This document shows positions 48,231-60,401 of a DNA stretch of 64,000 nucleotides, one piece after another. Below the pieces are notes generated by a model. The model made no database searches, was not told where the DNA came from, and was given only the letters and a program-made list of their open reading frames with translations. Source of the stretch: Octopus sinensis (Eukaryota); NCBI RefSeq assembly GCF_006345805.1, contig NC_043012.1, forward strand, positions 37,572,001 to 37,636,000. The letters are read 5' to 3'. Made by a program: the position numbers and the translations under genes. Every line of letters starts with the position of its first letter. Position 1 is the first letter of the stretch.

Positions 48231-49271
48231 ATGTATGTGTGTGTGTGTGTTCGCTCCCCCCCACCTCACCCTCAAGCACTGCCTGGCAACTGGTATTGGT
48301 TTGCTTACTACATCCTTATAACTTAGTGGTTTGATGAAAGAGACCAACAGAATAAAATACCAAACATACAATTAAGTACTGGGCTTGATGTTTTCACTGA
48401 AGCCTTCAAGGGTGGTATCCCCATCCATCATGGGCAGGTGAGCAATACTCTGCAAATGTGTGCTGAATCTGGCCAAGGCAACCCTTCCAACCCATGCCAG
48501 TGCAGAAAATGGATGTACAGTAACAATGACAATGATGATGATGGTGGTGGTGCTAGTGGTGGTGATGATGAAGATGACGTGCAATGATGAGCATGATGCT
48601 CATGATAATCATCACGATGGTGATGATGATGATGACCGTGATGATTAACAACAGCCAGAAAGTCAGAATGCAACAAGCAGAGCTTACTACAGGGTGGAGA
48701 CCAAACTGACAGATTACCATCAGAGAGAGAGAGAGAGAGAGAGAGTAAATGAATAATGGAAAGAAATAATGAGAGAGAATGAAAGAGTGAGAAAGCGAGC
48801 TAATGATGCCTCACCGAATCCACACACACACACACACCACACACACACACACACACACATTACTCACAGAAATGCCTCCAGCCGTGTGCATATGCATACA
48901 GATATGATATTTTATATTTAAGTACTTCATAAAACAGTCTTCAATCAAAATATTGCTGTTGATGGGTGGTGTCGATGAGGGTCGGGGGGTGGAAGGGGGA
49001 ACGGATGAAGAGTTATGACAGATAAGGTGGTGGTGGCAGTAGAAGTGACGAGATGATGATGATGGTGGTGGTGGAATTGGCTAAAATTGGACCATCATAA
49101 AAGTGAACATCTGCATCTATTTACTCACACAAACACACATATGTACATATACACACATACACAACATAGACCACTGTATAAATGGCTATATGAATATGTG
49201 TGTATGTATACGTATCTGAGTTTTGTATCTGTATATATGTGCATGTCTTTGTATGTGAATATGCTTATATG

Positions 49272-49302
<31 letters not shown>

Positions 49303-49584
49303 TAGACAAAACAGGCTAAAAAAAAAGATAGTTCAACCTAATTATGAAAACTCAAGTTTTTATGAAATTAGAAGTTATATCTTCTGCCACCATCTTTATT
49401 TATTTCTCTATTTGTTTCTTTTAACAGTTGCTAATGAATGCCATCAGGTTTTCATTTTCTTTCCCCAACTAAGGGGCAAACTTCAATTCATGTACTCATA
49501 CAAGTACATCCACATATACAGGTACACACACACACACACACATCACTGCTATACATATCAACAACCACCAGAAGATTCTATATA

Positions 49585-49659
49585 CAGGGAAGGCCATAAG
49601 TCACTTTACCCATTTCTGATAATAATAAAAAAAATGGGTACAATGACTTATGGCCATCC

Positions 49660-49662
<3 letters not shown>
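49585..49662. mobile_element. 78-bp Tc1/mariner-type mini-MITE
   Basis: TA|CAGGGAAGGCCATAAGTCACTTTACCCATTT...AAATGGGTACAATGACTTATGGCCATCCCTG|TA. Confidence 0.75.
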
Positions 49663-49729
<67 letters not shown>

Positions 49730-49873
49730 AATTGCAGCATGGAAGGTGTTTATAAGCCATTTAAGAAACACACAAAACCGTTAGATTCACTTCTAACAAA
49801 ACTTTGTGCTGCAATTGTTTTCATTCCAGCACACGATCTCAGATCAAGTCACTCGCTATGCAAGTACATCTCC

Positions 49874-49904
<31 letters not shown>

Positions 49905-49905
<1 letters not shown>

Positions 49906-50272
49906 AGTTGGCACTCAGTAATTTACGACAAGGGTTCCAGTTGATCTGATCAAGGGAAACAGCCTGCTCGTGAAATTAATGTGCAAGTGGCTGAGTATTC
50001 CACAGACTTGTGTACCCTTAACGTAATTCTCAGAGATATTCAGTGTAACACAGTGTGACAAGGCTGGCCCTTTGATTTACAGGCACAACAGAGACAGGAA
50101 GCTGTGGTGAAAGAGTACAGCAGGATTCACCACCATCCACTGCTGGAGCCTCGTGGAGCTTTAGGTGTTTTAGCTTAATAAACACTCACAATGCCCAGTC
50201 TCGGAATCGAAACCGCGATCCCATGACCGTGAGTCTGCTGCCCTTAACCACTGGGCCATTGCGCCCCCCACT
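49905..50272 (-). mobile_element. tRNA-headed SINE family D
   Basis: Head ggggcgcaatggcccagtggttaag...ggtttcgattcc. Body homologous to the copy at about 46170-46405 (gtacccttaa.gtagttctc...gtgacaaggctggccctttga). Confidence 0.8.
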
Positions 50273-50281
50273 ATATATATA

Positions 50282-50348
<67 letters not shown>

Positions 50349-50419
50349 ATATAATATATATATATATTATATTATATATATATATAATATATATATATGA
50401 TATATATATATATATAATA

Positions 50420-50700
50420 TATATCACATAGTAATGGCCGATGCCCATGCCACCTGACTGTCTTGTGCCAGTGGAACGTAAAAAGCACCATTCGAGCGTG
50501 GTCAATGCCAGTGTTGCCTGACTGGCTCCCCGTGCCAGTGATATGTAAAAAGCACCCACTACACTCTTGTAGTGGTTGGCATTAGGAAAGGCATCCAGCT
50601 ATAGAAACCTTGCAAGATCAGACTGGAGCCTGGTGCAGCCTCCTGGCTCGCCAGTCCTCAGTCAAACTGTTTAAGCATACATACTTGGAAATGGATGTGT
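50420..50700 (+). mobile_element. RTE 3'UTR fragment
   Basis: gtaaaaagcaccattcgagcgtgg...ggagcctggtgcagcc. Confidence 0.7.
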
Positions 50701-50971
50701 GGCATTCAATTAAATAAATAATATATACATACATACATACATACATACATATATGTGTACAAGAAGTCATCAATGGTTCAAGCAATATAAAATATGCTAA
50801 CGAGCAAGTTAAATACATAAACAAGAAAAAAATGGAGAACAAGACAAGTAAACACAGAGAAAGGACCCTTCATCAGTTGTCAGCTGTCTATCTACTCCTC
50901 GTTTCAATCATGCATGCGTATGTGTGTGTATATGTATGTATGTATGTATGTATGTATATATATATATATAA

Positions 50972-52180
50972 AGTCACAATAAGGGTGAAAAAATTGAATA
51001 TTAATTAATAACATCAATTCAAACACCAAGTGGCCTAGTGTATAAAAAATGGGATACAGTAAAAATTATTAATACAAAACAATAAGAGAGAGTCCACCAT
51101 GTGGTCACTCTAACGCTAGATATAGATCCGCAAAGGGAAACTGCCACTAAAGAATTGTTCTCAAGAATTAATTCAACATGCCTGCTCGCTTACATTCTTG
51201 GCGTGTTGAATTAATTCTTGAGAACAATTCTTTAGTGGCGGTTTCCCCTTGCGGATCTATATCTAGCGTTAGAGTGACCACATGGTGGACTCTCTCTTAT
51301 TGTTTTGTATTAATAATTTTACTGTATCCCAGTCTTTTATACACTAGGCCACTTGGTGTTTGAATTGATGTTATTAATTAATATTCAATTTTTTCACCAT
51401 TATTGTGACTGTAATTATAAATTAATATGTTCTCAAACCGGCAGTTAATTACTTGGGCAGTATTTACATCTGGGGATTTAACGCGCCACAATGAGGGCAT
51501 TTGAATATAACTGCGAATATAATCAACTGTACTGTTCATCTCTGTCCAACTTCGTGTGGATTTTGCCGTTCGGTTCGAAAAATTATATTCAGATGTACTC
51601 TACTGACGATTCGAAAATACTTATGTAAGTAAAATTACATCCATCCGAATTGTGGCCGAAGCCAGCGCCACCTCGACTGGCTTCCGTGTCGGTGGCACGT
51701 AAAAAGCACCATCCGAATCGTAGCCGAAGCCAGTGCCGCCTCGACTGGCTTCCATAAAATGCACCAATCCGACCGTGGCCGATGCCAGCCTCGCCTGGCA
51801 CCAGTGCAGGTGGGACGTAAAAAGCACCCACTACACTCACAGAGTGGTTGGCGTTAGGAAGGGCATCCAGCTGTAGAAACGTTGCCAGATAAGACCGGAG
51901 CCTGGTGCAGACTTCTCGCTTCCCAGATCCCCGGTCGAACCGTCCAACCCATGCTAGCATGGAGAACGGACGTTAAACGATGATGATGATGATGATGATG
52001 ATGAAACAATTGTATAGAGTTAATCTATTTTTTCACTATTTTTCATTTGGCCTACTCGCTTACATTCTTGGCGTGTTGAATTAATTCTTGAGAACAATTC
52101 TTTAGTGGCAGTTTCCCTTTGCGGATCTATATCTAGCGTTAGAGTGACCACATGGTGGACTCTCTCTTATTGTTTTGTAT
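50972..52180. mobile_element. Penelope-like element: 211-bp inverted repeat plus downstream direct copy
   Basis: Arms 50972-51182 and 51200-51410; direct partial copy 52050-52180. Confidence 0.55.
51640..52003 (+). mobile_element. RTE 3'UTR fragment inside the Penelope-like palindromic element
   Basis: ggtggcacgtaaaaagcacc units and ggacgttaaacgatgatgat tail. Confidence 0.85.
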
Positions 52181-52272
52181 GTATATATATAAAATCAGAG
52201 TTTAATTTTACGCTAGTGTCTCACCTCTGCCACTAGCTGGCGTATACAGGTTCTTACACTTATCAAGTATTC

Positions 52273-52316
<44 letters not shown>

Positions 52317-52548
52317 ATATTTTATTTATTATTTATTATATATATATATATATTATTTATTATATTTATTATTATATATATATATATTATATATATATAT
52401 ATGATTGATTGATTCTAGTTTCAGCTCATGAGCTGTGGCCATGCTGGGGCACCGCCATTTATATTTATTATATATATATATATTATTTATTATATATATA
52501 TTATATATATATATATATTATATATATATATATAATTATATATATATA

Positions 52549-52590
<42 letters not shown>

Positions 52591-52593
<3 letters not shown>

Positions 52594-54080
52594 TGATTGA
52601 TTGAGCTGCGGCCATGCTGGGGCACCGCCACTTGGTGTTGCTACATGGTTTTACTTCACGAATGCTTTTTAGCAACTGCCATTTGGTGCATGAGAGAGTT
52701 CGATGCAGCTGCCCTCATCTGCCCCTCCTGCCGTGAAGTTGGTTCATCTGGGACACCTGACAGGAAGAGATCCAGCTTCATTTTAAAGACATCTGCATCC
52801 ACCCCATGCAGGTCTCTTAGATTCTTCGGGAGGATATTGAAGAGCTGTGGGCTTCGGAAGCCCAGGCTATCACAGTATCTTGTCCTACATCTTGATGGCA
52901 AATTCGGAGTCCTAGGGACCACGCAGTGGCGCCCAGTTCTGGCATTTGTGTAACTCTCGATGCCAAAGTTTGGGACAAGTCCTTCCAGGACCTTCCAGAT
53001 GTATATTATGGCATATCTCTATCGCCTACGCTCCAAGGAATAGACTTTTAATCTCTTGAGTCTTTCCCAGTAGCTTATATTCTGCACAGAGGCTATCTTC
53101 TTCGTGTAGCTACGCTGGATCGCCTCAAGTTCTGTGATCAACTTGACACTGGATGGTGACCATAGCTGAGAGCAATAGTCAAAGTGGCTTAGGACAAGTG
53201 TCCTCCAGAGGACCATCATGGTTTCTTGTTCTCTTGTTCTAAAGGTTCTGAGAATCCATCCAGCCAGCCGTCTACATTTCATTGCCAATTTAGCAAAGTA
53301 CACGAAAGGTTGCATCATCACTCATGTAAATACCCAGGTCACGCACTGATTGTGCCTCTGGGATTGCAATTCCTCCGGGTCCAGTGTATTCATTGGGTAT
53401 TGCATTTAGTTTTGCATGCTGATAGCATAAAGCTTGAAACTTTTCAGCATTGAACTGCATGCTATTCTTTTCAGCCCACTTGTATATTTTGTTCAGCTCA
53501 CATTGCAGGTGTTTAGTGTCCTCAGGGTTCTGTATTGCCTGTGAAACTTTTGTATCATCTGCATAACTTGTGATCGTGGCTCTCTGCGTGGCTGAGGGCA
53601 TGTCTGAGAGGGCCATTATTAATAGTAGTGGTCCCAAAACAGTGCCCTGCGGAACACCGCTCACTATTTGCGTGTTAATGGAAGTGGCCCCATTGGCTAC
53701 TACCACCTGACTTCTATCTTTCAGAAAGTCATGAAGCCATTCTCCCAGTTTTCCAACTATGCTAAGATCACGCAGTTTGTGACATATCATTCCATGATCG
53801 ACTTTATCAAAGGCCTTTGCAAAGTCGAGATATATGACTTCCACATTTGAGTGGTTGAGCAGTCGTTTCAGCACAGCACCCAGTCATAGTGTTGTAGGAC
53901 CGAGTTAAGCAGCTTCTTCCTGGTCGGAAAACCATGTTTGGTGTCAGGCAGCAAGTCATTTTCTTCAAGGAAGGTGATTAGTTTCCTTCTGACTATTCGT
54001 TCCATGACCTTGCTGATGTGTGAGGTCAGAGAGATAGGTCTGTAGTTCTTGGCCTCCGCTCTGCTACCTCCTTAATGAAT
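52591..54080 (-). mobile_element. 5'-truncated CR1/L2-type LINE (RT domain), frameshifted
   Basis: KNYRPISLTSHISKVMER, YLDFAKAFDKVDH, GVPQGTVLGP, YADDTKV, LSHFDYCSQLW and ERLKRLKVYSLERRR; (ATCA)n tail at 52591. Confidence 0.95.
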
Positions 54081-54111
54081 ATATATTTTATTTATTATAT
54101 TTATTATAATA

Positions 54112-54149
<38 letters not shown>

Positions 54150-54167
54150 TATTATATTTATTATATA

Positions 54168-54625
54168 CTAGCAGTATCGCCTGGCGTTGCTCGGGTTTGT
54201 AAGGGAAATAACTATATAAGCATTTTTAGAGAGTTACTTCCTTTATAGATGCCAATTCGGGCTTTCTTAGCCATTTCTGTTTTGGTGTCTTCAAGCCATG
54301 AAGTCGTTGTTCTAAAGAACGCTGGTCTCCTTGACAACGCTTACGACGTTGATTTCCTTACACTCCCTTCCCCACAGGTGGCAGGTGTGAGCGTGGACGC
54401 CAACTCCGCCGCCATCGACACAGGAAAAATTATGCATTAAAATGGAATAAAAAATGATGTTAAATTATTTTTAAAATCGTAGACTCATCGTTGACGCGCG
54501 CTAATAGTCAGACGGGCTCGATATGAATCACGACTATAAGATACCCGAATTGGTTAAACTGCACCGCAAAATGTGGGAGGAGTTAGGAATCTAAATCAAA
54601 GGGGACAGACACTCACACAACTAGA

Positions 54626-54640
<15 letters not shown>
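54168..54640 (-). mobile_element. Non-autonomous Helitron, same family as 30686
   Basis: 3' end aacccgagcaacgccaggcgatactgCTAG|t; 5' half homologous to 30695-30890. Confidence 0.8.
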
Positions 54641-54662
<22 letters not shown>

Positions 54663-54671
54663 TATTATATT

Positions 54672-54885
54672 TCATCATCATCATCATCATCGTTTAACGT
54701 CCGTTCTCCATACTAGCATGGGTTGGACGGTTCGACTGGGGATCTGGGAAGCCAGAAGGCTGCAGCAGGCTCCAGTCTAATCTGGCAATGTTTCTACAGC
54801 TGGATGCCCTTCCTAATGCCAACCACTCCGTGAGTGTAGTGGTGCTTTTTACGTGCCACCTGCACAGGTGCCAGGCGAGGCTGAT
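54672..54885 (-). mobile_element. Short RTE 3'UTR fragment in an AT tract
   Basis: catcatcatcgtttaacgtccg...gtgccacctgcacagg. Confidence 0.8.
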
Positions 54886-55511
54886 TATATATATATATTA
54901 TTTATTATATTTATTATATATATATTATATATATATATATATTTATTATATATATTATATATATATATATATTATTTATTATATTTATTATATATTTATT
55001 TATTATATTTATTTATATATATATTATTATTATTATTTATTATATATATATTATATATATACATATTTATTATATATATTATATATATATATATTTATTA
55101 TATATATTATATATATATATATTATTTTATTATTTTATTTATATATATATATATTATTTATTATATTTATTAGTATATATTATTTATTATATTTATTTAT
55201 ATATATATATAATTATTTATTATATATATATAATATATATATATATTTATTATATATATTATATATATATATATTATTTATTATATTTATTATATATATA
55301 ATATATATATATATATTATATATATATATATATATATAATTTATTATATTTATTCTATATATATATATAATATATATTTATTATATATATATATTATTTA
55401 TTATATTTATTATATATATATATTATTTATTATATTTATATATATATATATATATATAATTTTATATTTATTCTATATATATATATATATATAATTTTTA
55501 TTAATTTATTC

Positions 55512-55545
<34 letters not shown>

Positions 55546-56035
55546 ATTATATATATATATTTATTATATATATATATTTATTATATTATATATTATTTAT
55601 TATATTTATTATATATATATATATATAATATATATAATTTATTATATTTATTTTATATATATATATTTATTTATTATTTATTCTATATATATATATAATT
55701 TATTATATTTATTCTATATATATATTATTATTATATTTATTCTATATATATATTTATTTATTATATTTATTCTATATAATATATATATTATTTATCACAT
55801 TTATTATATATATATATAATTTATTATATTTTTCTATATATATATATATATTATTTATTACATTTATTATATATATATATATATAATTTATTATATTATT
55901 CTATATATATATATTTACTATATTTTATATATATATATATCTATTATATAATATATATATATATATACTTTTTATATATTTATTATATATATATATATAT
56001 ATATACTATTTATTATATTTATTATATATATATAG
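54886..56035. repeat. About 1.15-kb degenerate (TA)n/(TAT)n tract
   Basis: Almost only A/T. Similar tracts at 52270-52590 and 60402-60812. Confidence 0.95.
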
Positions 56036-56356
56036 TTTTCATGGGCCGCAACCCCCCCCCCACTCTCGATTTGTTTTTCTCTATTTCTTCTTCACATTGT
56101 CTTCTATCTCTTTCGATTGCCATTCGACTTCCCTTCTCCACCACCCTATACGCATATACACCAGCGACTGATTAATAACGGTCCCACTCTTGATTCAAAC
56201 TGTTGCTGTCAACTTTGTACGAAAAATGAATTCAAGCTAAGCCATTAATTTAAGTACCTACCAAAATATTTCTGTGCAATTGATTTGATCTTTATTTAGC
56301 CCTGTTTATCTCTATTATGTTATGACTTGTGTATTTCAGCCTCACGCCTTGTGTTT

Positions 56357-56387
<31 letters not shown>

Positions 56388-56899
56388 TTCTATAGTTCAT
56401 CTTAAATTATCGTTGTCTCATGCCTTGTGTTAAATATATATTCAATCCTATAGCTCGCCCCTAATCTTATCGATCAGCTTCACGTCTCGTTAAAAATAGA
56501 ATAAATGTATTTATAATTTATAGCTCCTTACACTAAGATAAATATAGCTCACGCATCTCCCATAGATAGGCAAAATATCTCTCTCAAATTTAAGTATTTT
56601 ATACCTACTAATAAGTATTTCTCTCCAAGAAAGGAATGCACCCGCCCTCCCACCCCCTCCACCGGTACAGGAAGTCCTAAAAAGTTTCTCATCCTTGTTG
56701 TCTCCCTTGTACACTTCAAAGTCTTACGCCACCCCCACCTCCTTCCATAAAAGGTAGTGGTCATTCATTGCAAGATACACTTCAAAGTCTTACGCCACCC
56801 CCAACTCCTTCCATAAAAGGTAGTGTTCATTCATTGCAAGATATGTTAGTGTTGTGTACGCGGTTTGAACTGGAGTTTTATTGTTTGTCTATGAATCCT

Positions 56900-59800
56900 G
56901 CCAAACGTGATTTTTCTTTTCAGGTCCATGACGCTACTAAGTTCAATACCACCAACACCCACACCCTCAGGGTTGGCACCCTCAACATTGGCACACTGAA
57001 AGGCAGATCTGGCGAGATCGTTGAATTGCTTCAACGTAGGTGTGTTGATATACGCTGCATTCAAAAAGTGGGGTGGAGAGGAGGTTCTGCTAGGTTCCTC
57101 ACAGGCAAAGGACAGTGGTACAAGATTTTCTGGGCTGGGAATACTGATGGGGTCGGGGGTGTGGGTATGCTTATCGCCGAAAAATGGGTAGGTAAGGTAA
57201 TTGAGGTAGTCAGAGTATGTGACAGAATACTTAAGATTAGATTAGTGCTCCATCATAGTTTAGCAACTATTATATTGGCCTGTGGCCCTCAGCCAGGGCT
57301 ACCCGATGGACAGAAAGACTGTTTCTATGACACCCTACTGCAGACCACCTCATTGACGAACGACAGGGACCTTCTCTTTGTGGCTGGTGACTTCAATGGG
57401 CATGTTGGACGATGTGCTGGGGGCTTCCATGGCGTGCATGGAGGCTACGGTTATGGTTCTCGCAACGAGGAGGGAACCAGGCTGCTGGAGTTCTGCGATG
57501 CGAATAGTCTTGTGGTTTGCAACACTAACTTCAGGAAACCGACAAGCCACCTGGTCACCTACCGATCGGGCCGGCATACTAGCCAAATCGATTACATCCT
57601 TGCCAGAAAAAGGGAAAGATGGCTGCTTATAAATGCATCCCACAACATAGACTGGTAGTTAGTGACTTTAGGATCAGGACTAAGAGGGCGACTAGAAGAC
57701 GACCAACATGGAGAAGAAGGGTCTGGAAGCTTAAAGACCCTACGAATGAACAGAGATTTAGAGACATGTTACTTGAAGCCTTTGACGAAATAAAAGGGGG
57801 TATAGCTAAACATGGGGTAGAAGACAACTGGACGCTTCTAAGGGACAACCTGCTGAAAGCCACTGACCAGATCTGTGGCTGGTGCAAAGTCCCCTCAAGA
57901 CCCAAAATGACGTGGTGGTGGAACAATATTGTTGACAGGGCTATTAGACAAAAGAAACAGGCTTGGAAGGACTGGAAGAACGGAGGTAGCAGGGAAGTGT
58001 ATCAGACTGCCAGAAGGGAAGCTAGGAGGCAGGTTCATTTAGCCAGAGGGGAAGCTGATAAGAAAAAATTTGCCAATGTCCTGCGCCGGGAGGATGAAAG
58101 AATTAAGGTATTTCGTGTTGCAAGACAGTGTGTGAAAGAGAATCGTGACGTGGTAGAAGAGAAATGTGTTCGTAAGGATGATGGTTCACTTGCGCTAAAT
58201 GAGGATGCAAAGAGAGAGGTTTGGAGAAGCCACTATGAAAGGCTGCTGAATGAGGAAAATGAATGGGATAAAGAGAGTCCGCCGAATGTCGACCCAACAG
58301 AGGGACCAGCAATCCGAGTTGACAGTTCCTTAGTAGTTAAGGCAATTACAAGCATGAAAACAGAGAAAGCCCCAGGCCCATCAGGTATTACTGCAGAGAT
58401 GCTCAAAATATCTGGTAGTGTCGGCTATAGCCTAGTCACCCATATAGTTAACCAGGTGATACACGTAGGAGTCATACCCAATGACTGGTTGTGTAGCAGC
58501 ATAATAGTCAACTGCTACAAAGGTAAGGTGACGCCCTAGATACAAATAATTACAGGTATCAAGCTGCTGGATCAGGTAATGAAGGTTACAGAGAGGGTTA
58601 TAGCCCAACTAATTAGAGAGAGAATTAGCTTAGATGAGATGCAGTTTGGTTTTGTGCCAGGGAAAAGCACCACTGATGCCATATTTCTGGTAAGACAGCT
58701 GCAGGAGAAATACCTAGCCAAAGATAGGCCCCTGTACCTGGCTTTAGTTGACATGGAGAAAGCCTTTGACAGGGTCCCCCGATCCCTTATCTGGTGGTCA
58801 ATGAGGAAACTAGGGATAGATGAATGGTTAGTGAGAGCTGTGTGAGCCATGTACAGAGACGCTGCTAGTAAGGTGAGGGTTGGCAACGAGTACATTGAAG
58901 AATTCCGGGTAGAGGTTGGGGTCCACCAAGGTTCAGTCCTCAGTCCCCTCCTTTTTATCATAGTCCTCCAGGCAATAACGGAGGAATTCAAGACAGGATG
59001 CCCCTGGGAGCTCCTCTATGCTGATGACCTTGCTCTAATTGCTGAGTCACTATCAGAACTGGAGAAGTTTCAGGTGTGGAAACAAGGTTTAGAATCGAAG
59101 GGCCTTAGAATCAACCTAGCCAAAACCAAAGTCCTAATAAGTAGGAAAGTAGACAAGTCACAAACGCCTTCAGGTAGATGGCCCTGCTCGATCTGTAAAA
59201 AAGGTGTAGGTAGAAACTCTATAAGGTGCACCAAGTGCAAGCTATGGACACATAAGAGGTGTAGCAATGTCAAAGGAAGGCTAACTAGGAAAATAGTTTT
59301 TGTCTGTGGCAGATGCTCAGGAGCAATAAACACTGAAAATGTGCAGAGACCAACTTCTACCACGTTCCAGAGAGAAAAACTAGAAGTAGTTGATAGCTTC
59401 CGCTACCTGGGTGACCAAGTCAGTAGCGGGGGTGGGTGCGCTGAAAGTGTAACTGCTAGAGTAAGAATAGCCTGGGCAAAGTTTAGAGAGCTCTTACCCC
59501 TGCTGGTGACAAAAGGCCTCTCGCTCAGAGTAAAAGGCAGACTGTATGATGCATGTGTACGTACAGCCATGCTACATGGTAGTGAAACATGGGCTGTGAC
59601 TGCTGAGGATATGCGTAAGCTCGCAAGAAATGAAGCCAGTATGCTCCGATGGATGTGTAATGTCAGTGTTCATAATCGACAGAGTGTAAGTACCTTGATA
59701 GAAAAGTTGAACCTAAGAAGCATCAGTTGTGGTGTGCAAAAGAGACGTCTGCGCTGGTATGGGCATGTGACGAGAATGGGTGAAGATAGTTGTGTGCAAA

Positions 59801-60401
59801 AGTGCCACACCCTAGCAGTTGAGGGAACCTGTGGAAGAGGTAGACCAAGGAAAACCTGGGACGAGGTGGTGAAGCACGACCTTCGAACTTTAGGTCTCAC
59901 CAAGGAAATGACTAGAGACCGAGACCTATGGAAGTATACTGTGCGTGAGAAGACCCGGCAAGACCAGTGAGAACAATCAAAATCAAAATCAAACCAAATC
60001 AAATCAGATATCAGAAAGCAGAACCAAAATTGAGGTCGTTCAACATCAGTGGAAATTGCAGCTGTGGTTAAGCGAACCATCCGGTCGTTGTCGGCGCCGC
60101 CCCGTCTGGCCATCCGTTCTTGTCCGTTGCCAGCCTCGCCTGGCCCCCGTGCGGGTGGCACGTAAAAGCACCATCCATTCGTGGCCGTTTGCCAGCGCTG
60201 TCTGGCACCTGTGCAGGTGGCACGTAAAAAGCACCCACTACACTCATGGAGTGGTTGGCATTAGGAAGGGCATCCAGCCGTAGAAACACTGCCAGATATG
60301 ACTGGGCCTGATGAAGCCTTCCGGCTTCACAGACCCCAGTTGAACCGTCCAACCCATGCTAGCATGGAAAACGGACGCTAAATGATGATGATGATGATGA
60401 T
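56900..60401 (+). mobile_element. Near full-length RTE-clade LINE, inactivated (APE endonuclease + RT + 3'UTR + (GAT)n tail)
   Basis: APE motifs TLNIGTL, VAGDFNGHVG and SQIDYIL; RT motifs QFGF, DMEKAFD, QGSVLSP, YADD and FRYLG. Frameshifts near 57635 and 58525 and an in-frame TGA at 58843-58845. Tail gatgatgat at 60383-60401. Confidence 0.95.

Noticed and set aside
50195-50272. tRNA-like sequence (also 5817-5890 and the SINE A/B heads)
   Set aside because: A and B boxes are present, but there is no intact acceptor stem or cloverleaf and each continues into a SINE body.
50850-50915. GAAAC...CTGATGA on the minus strand as a possible type-II hammerhead
   Set aside because: Stems I and II do not pair as required; kept only as a likely Penelope-type remnant.
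51600-51640. CTGACGA-TTC-GAAA motif
   Set aside because: There is no room for stem II and stem I pairing fails after two bases.
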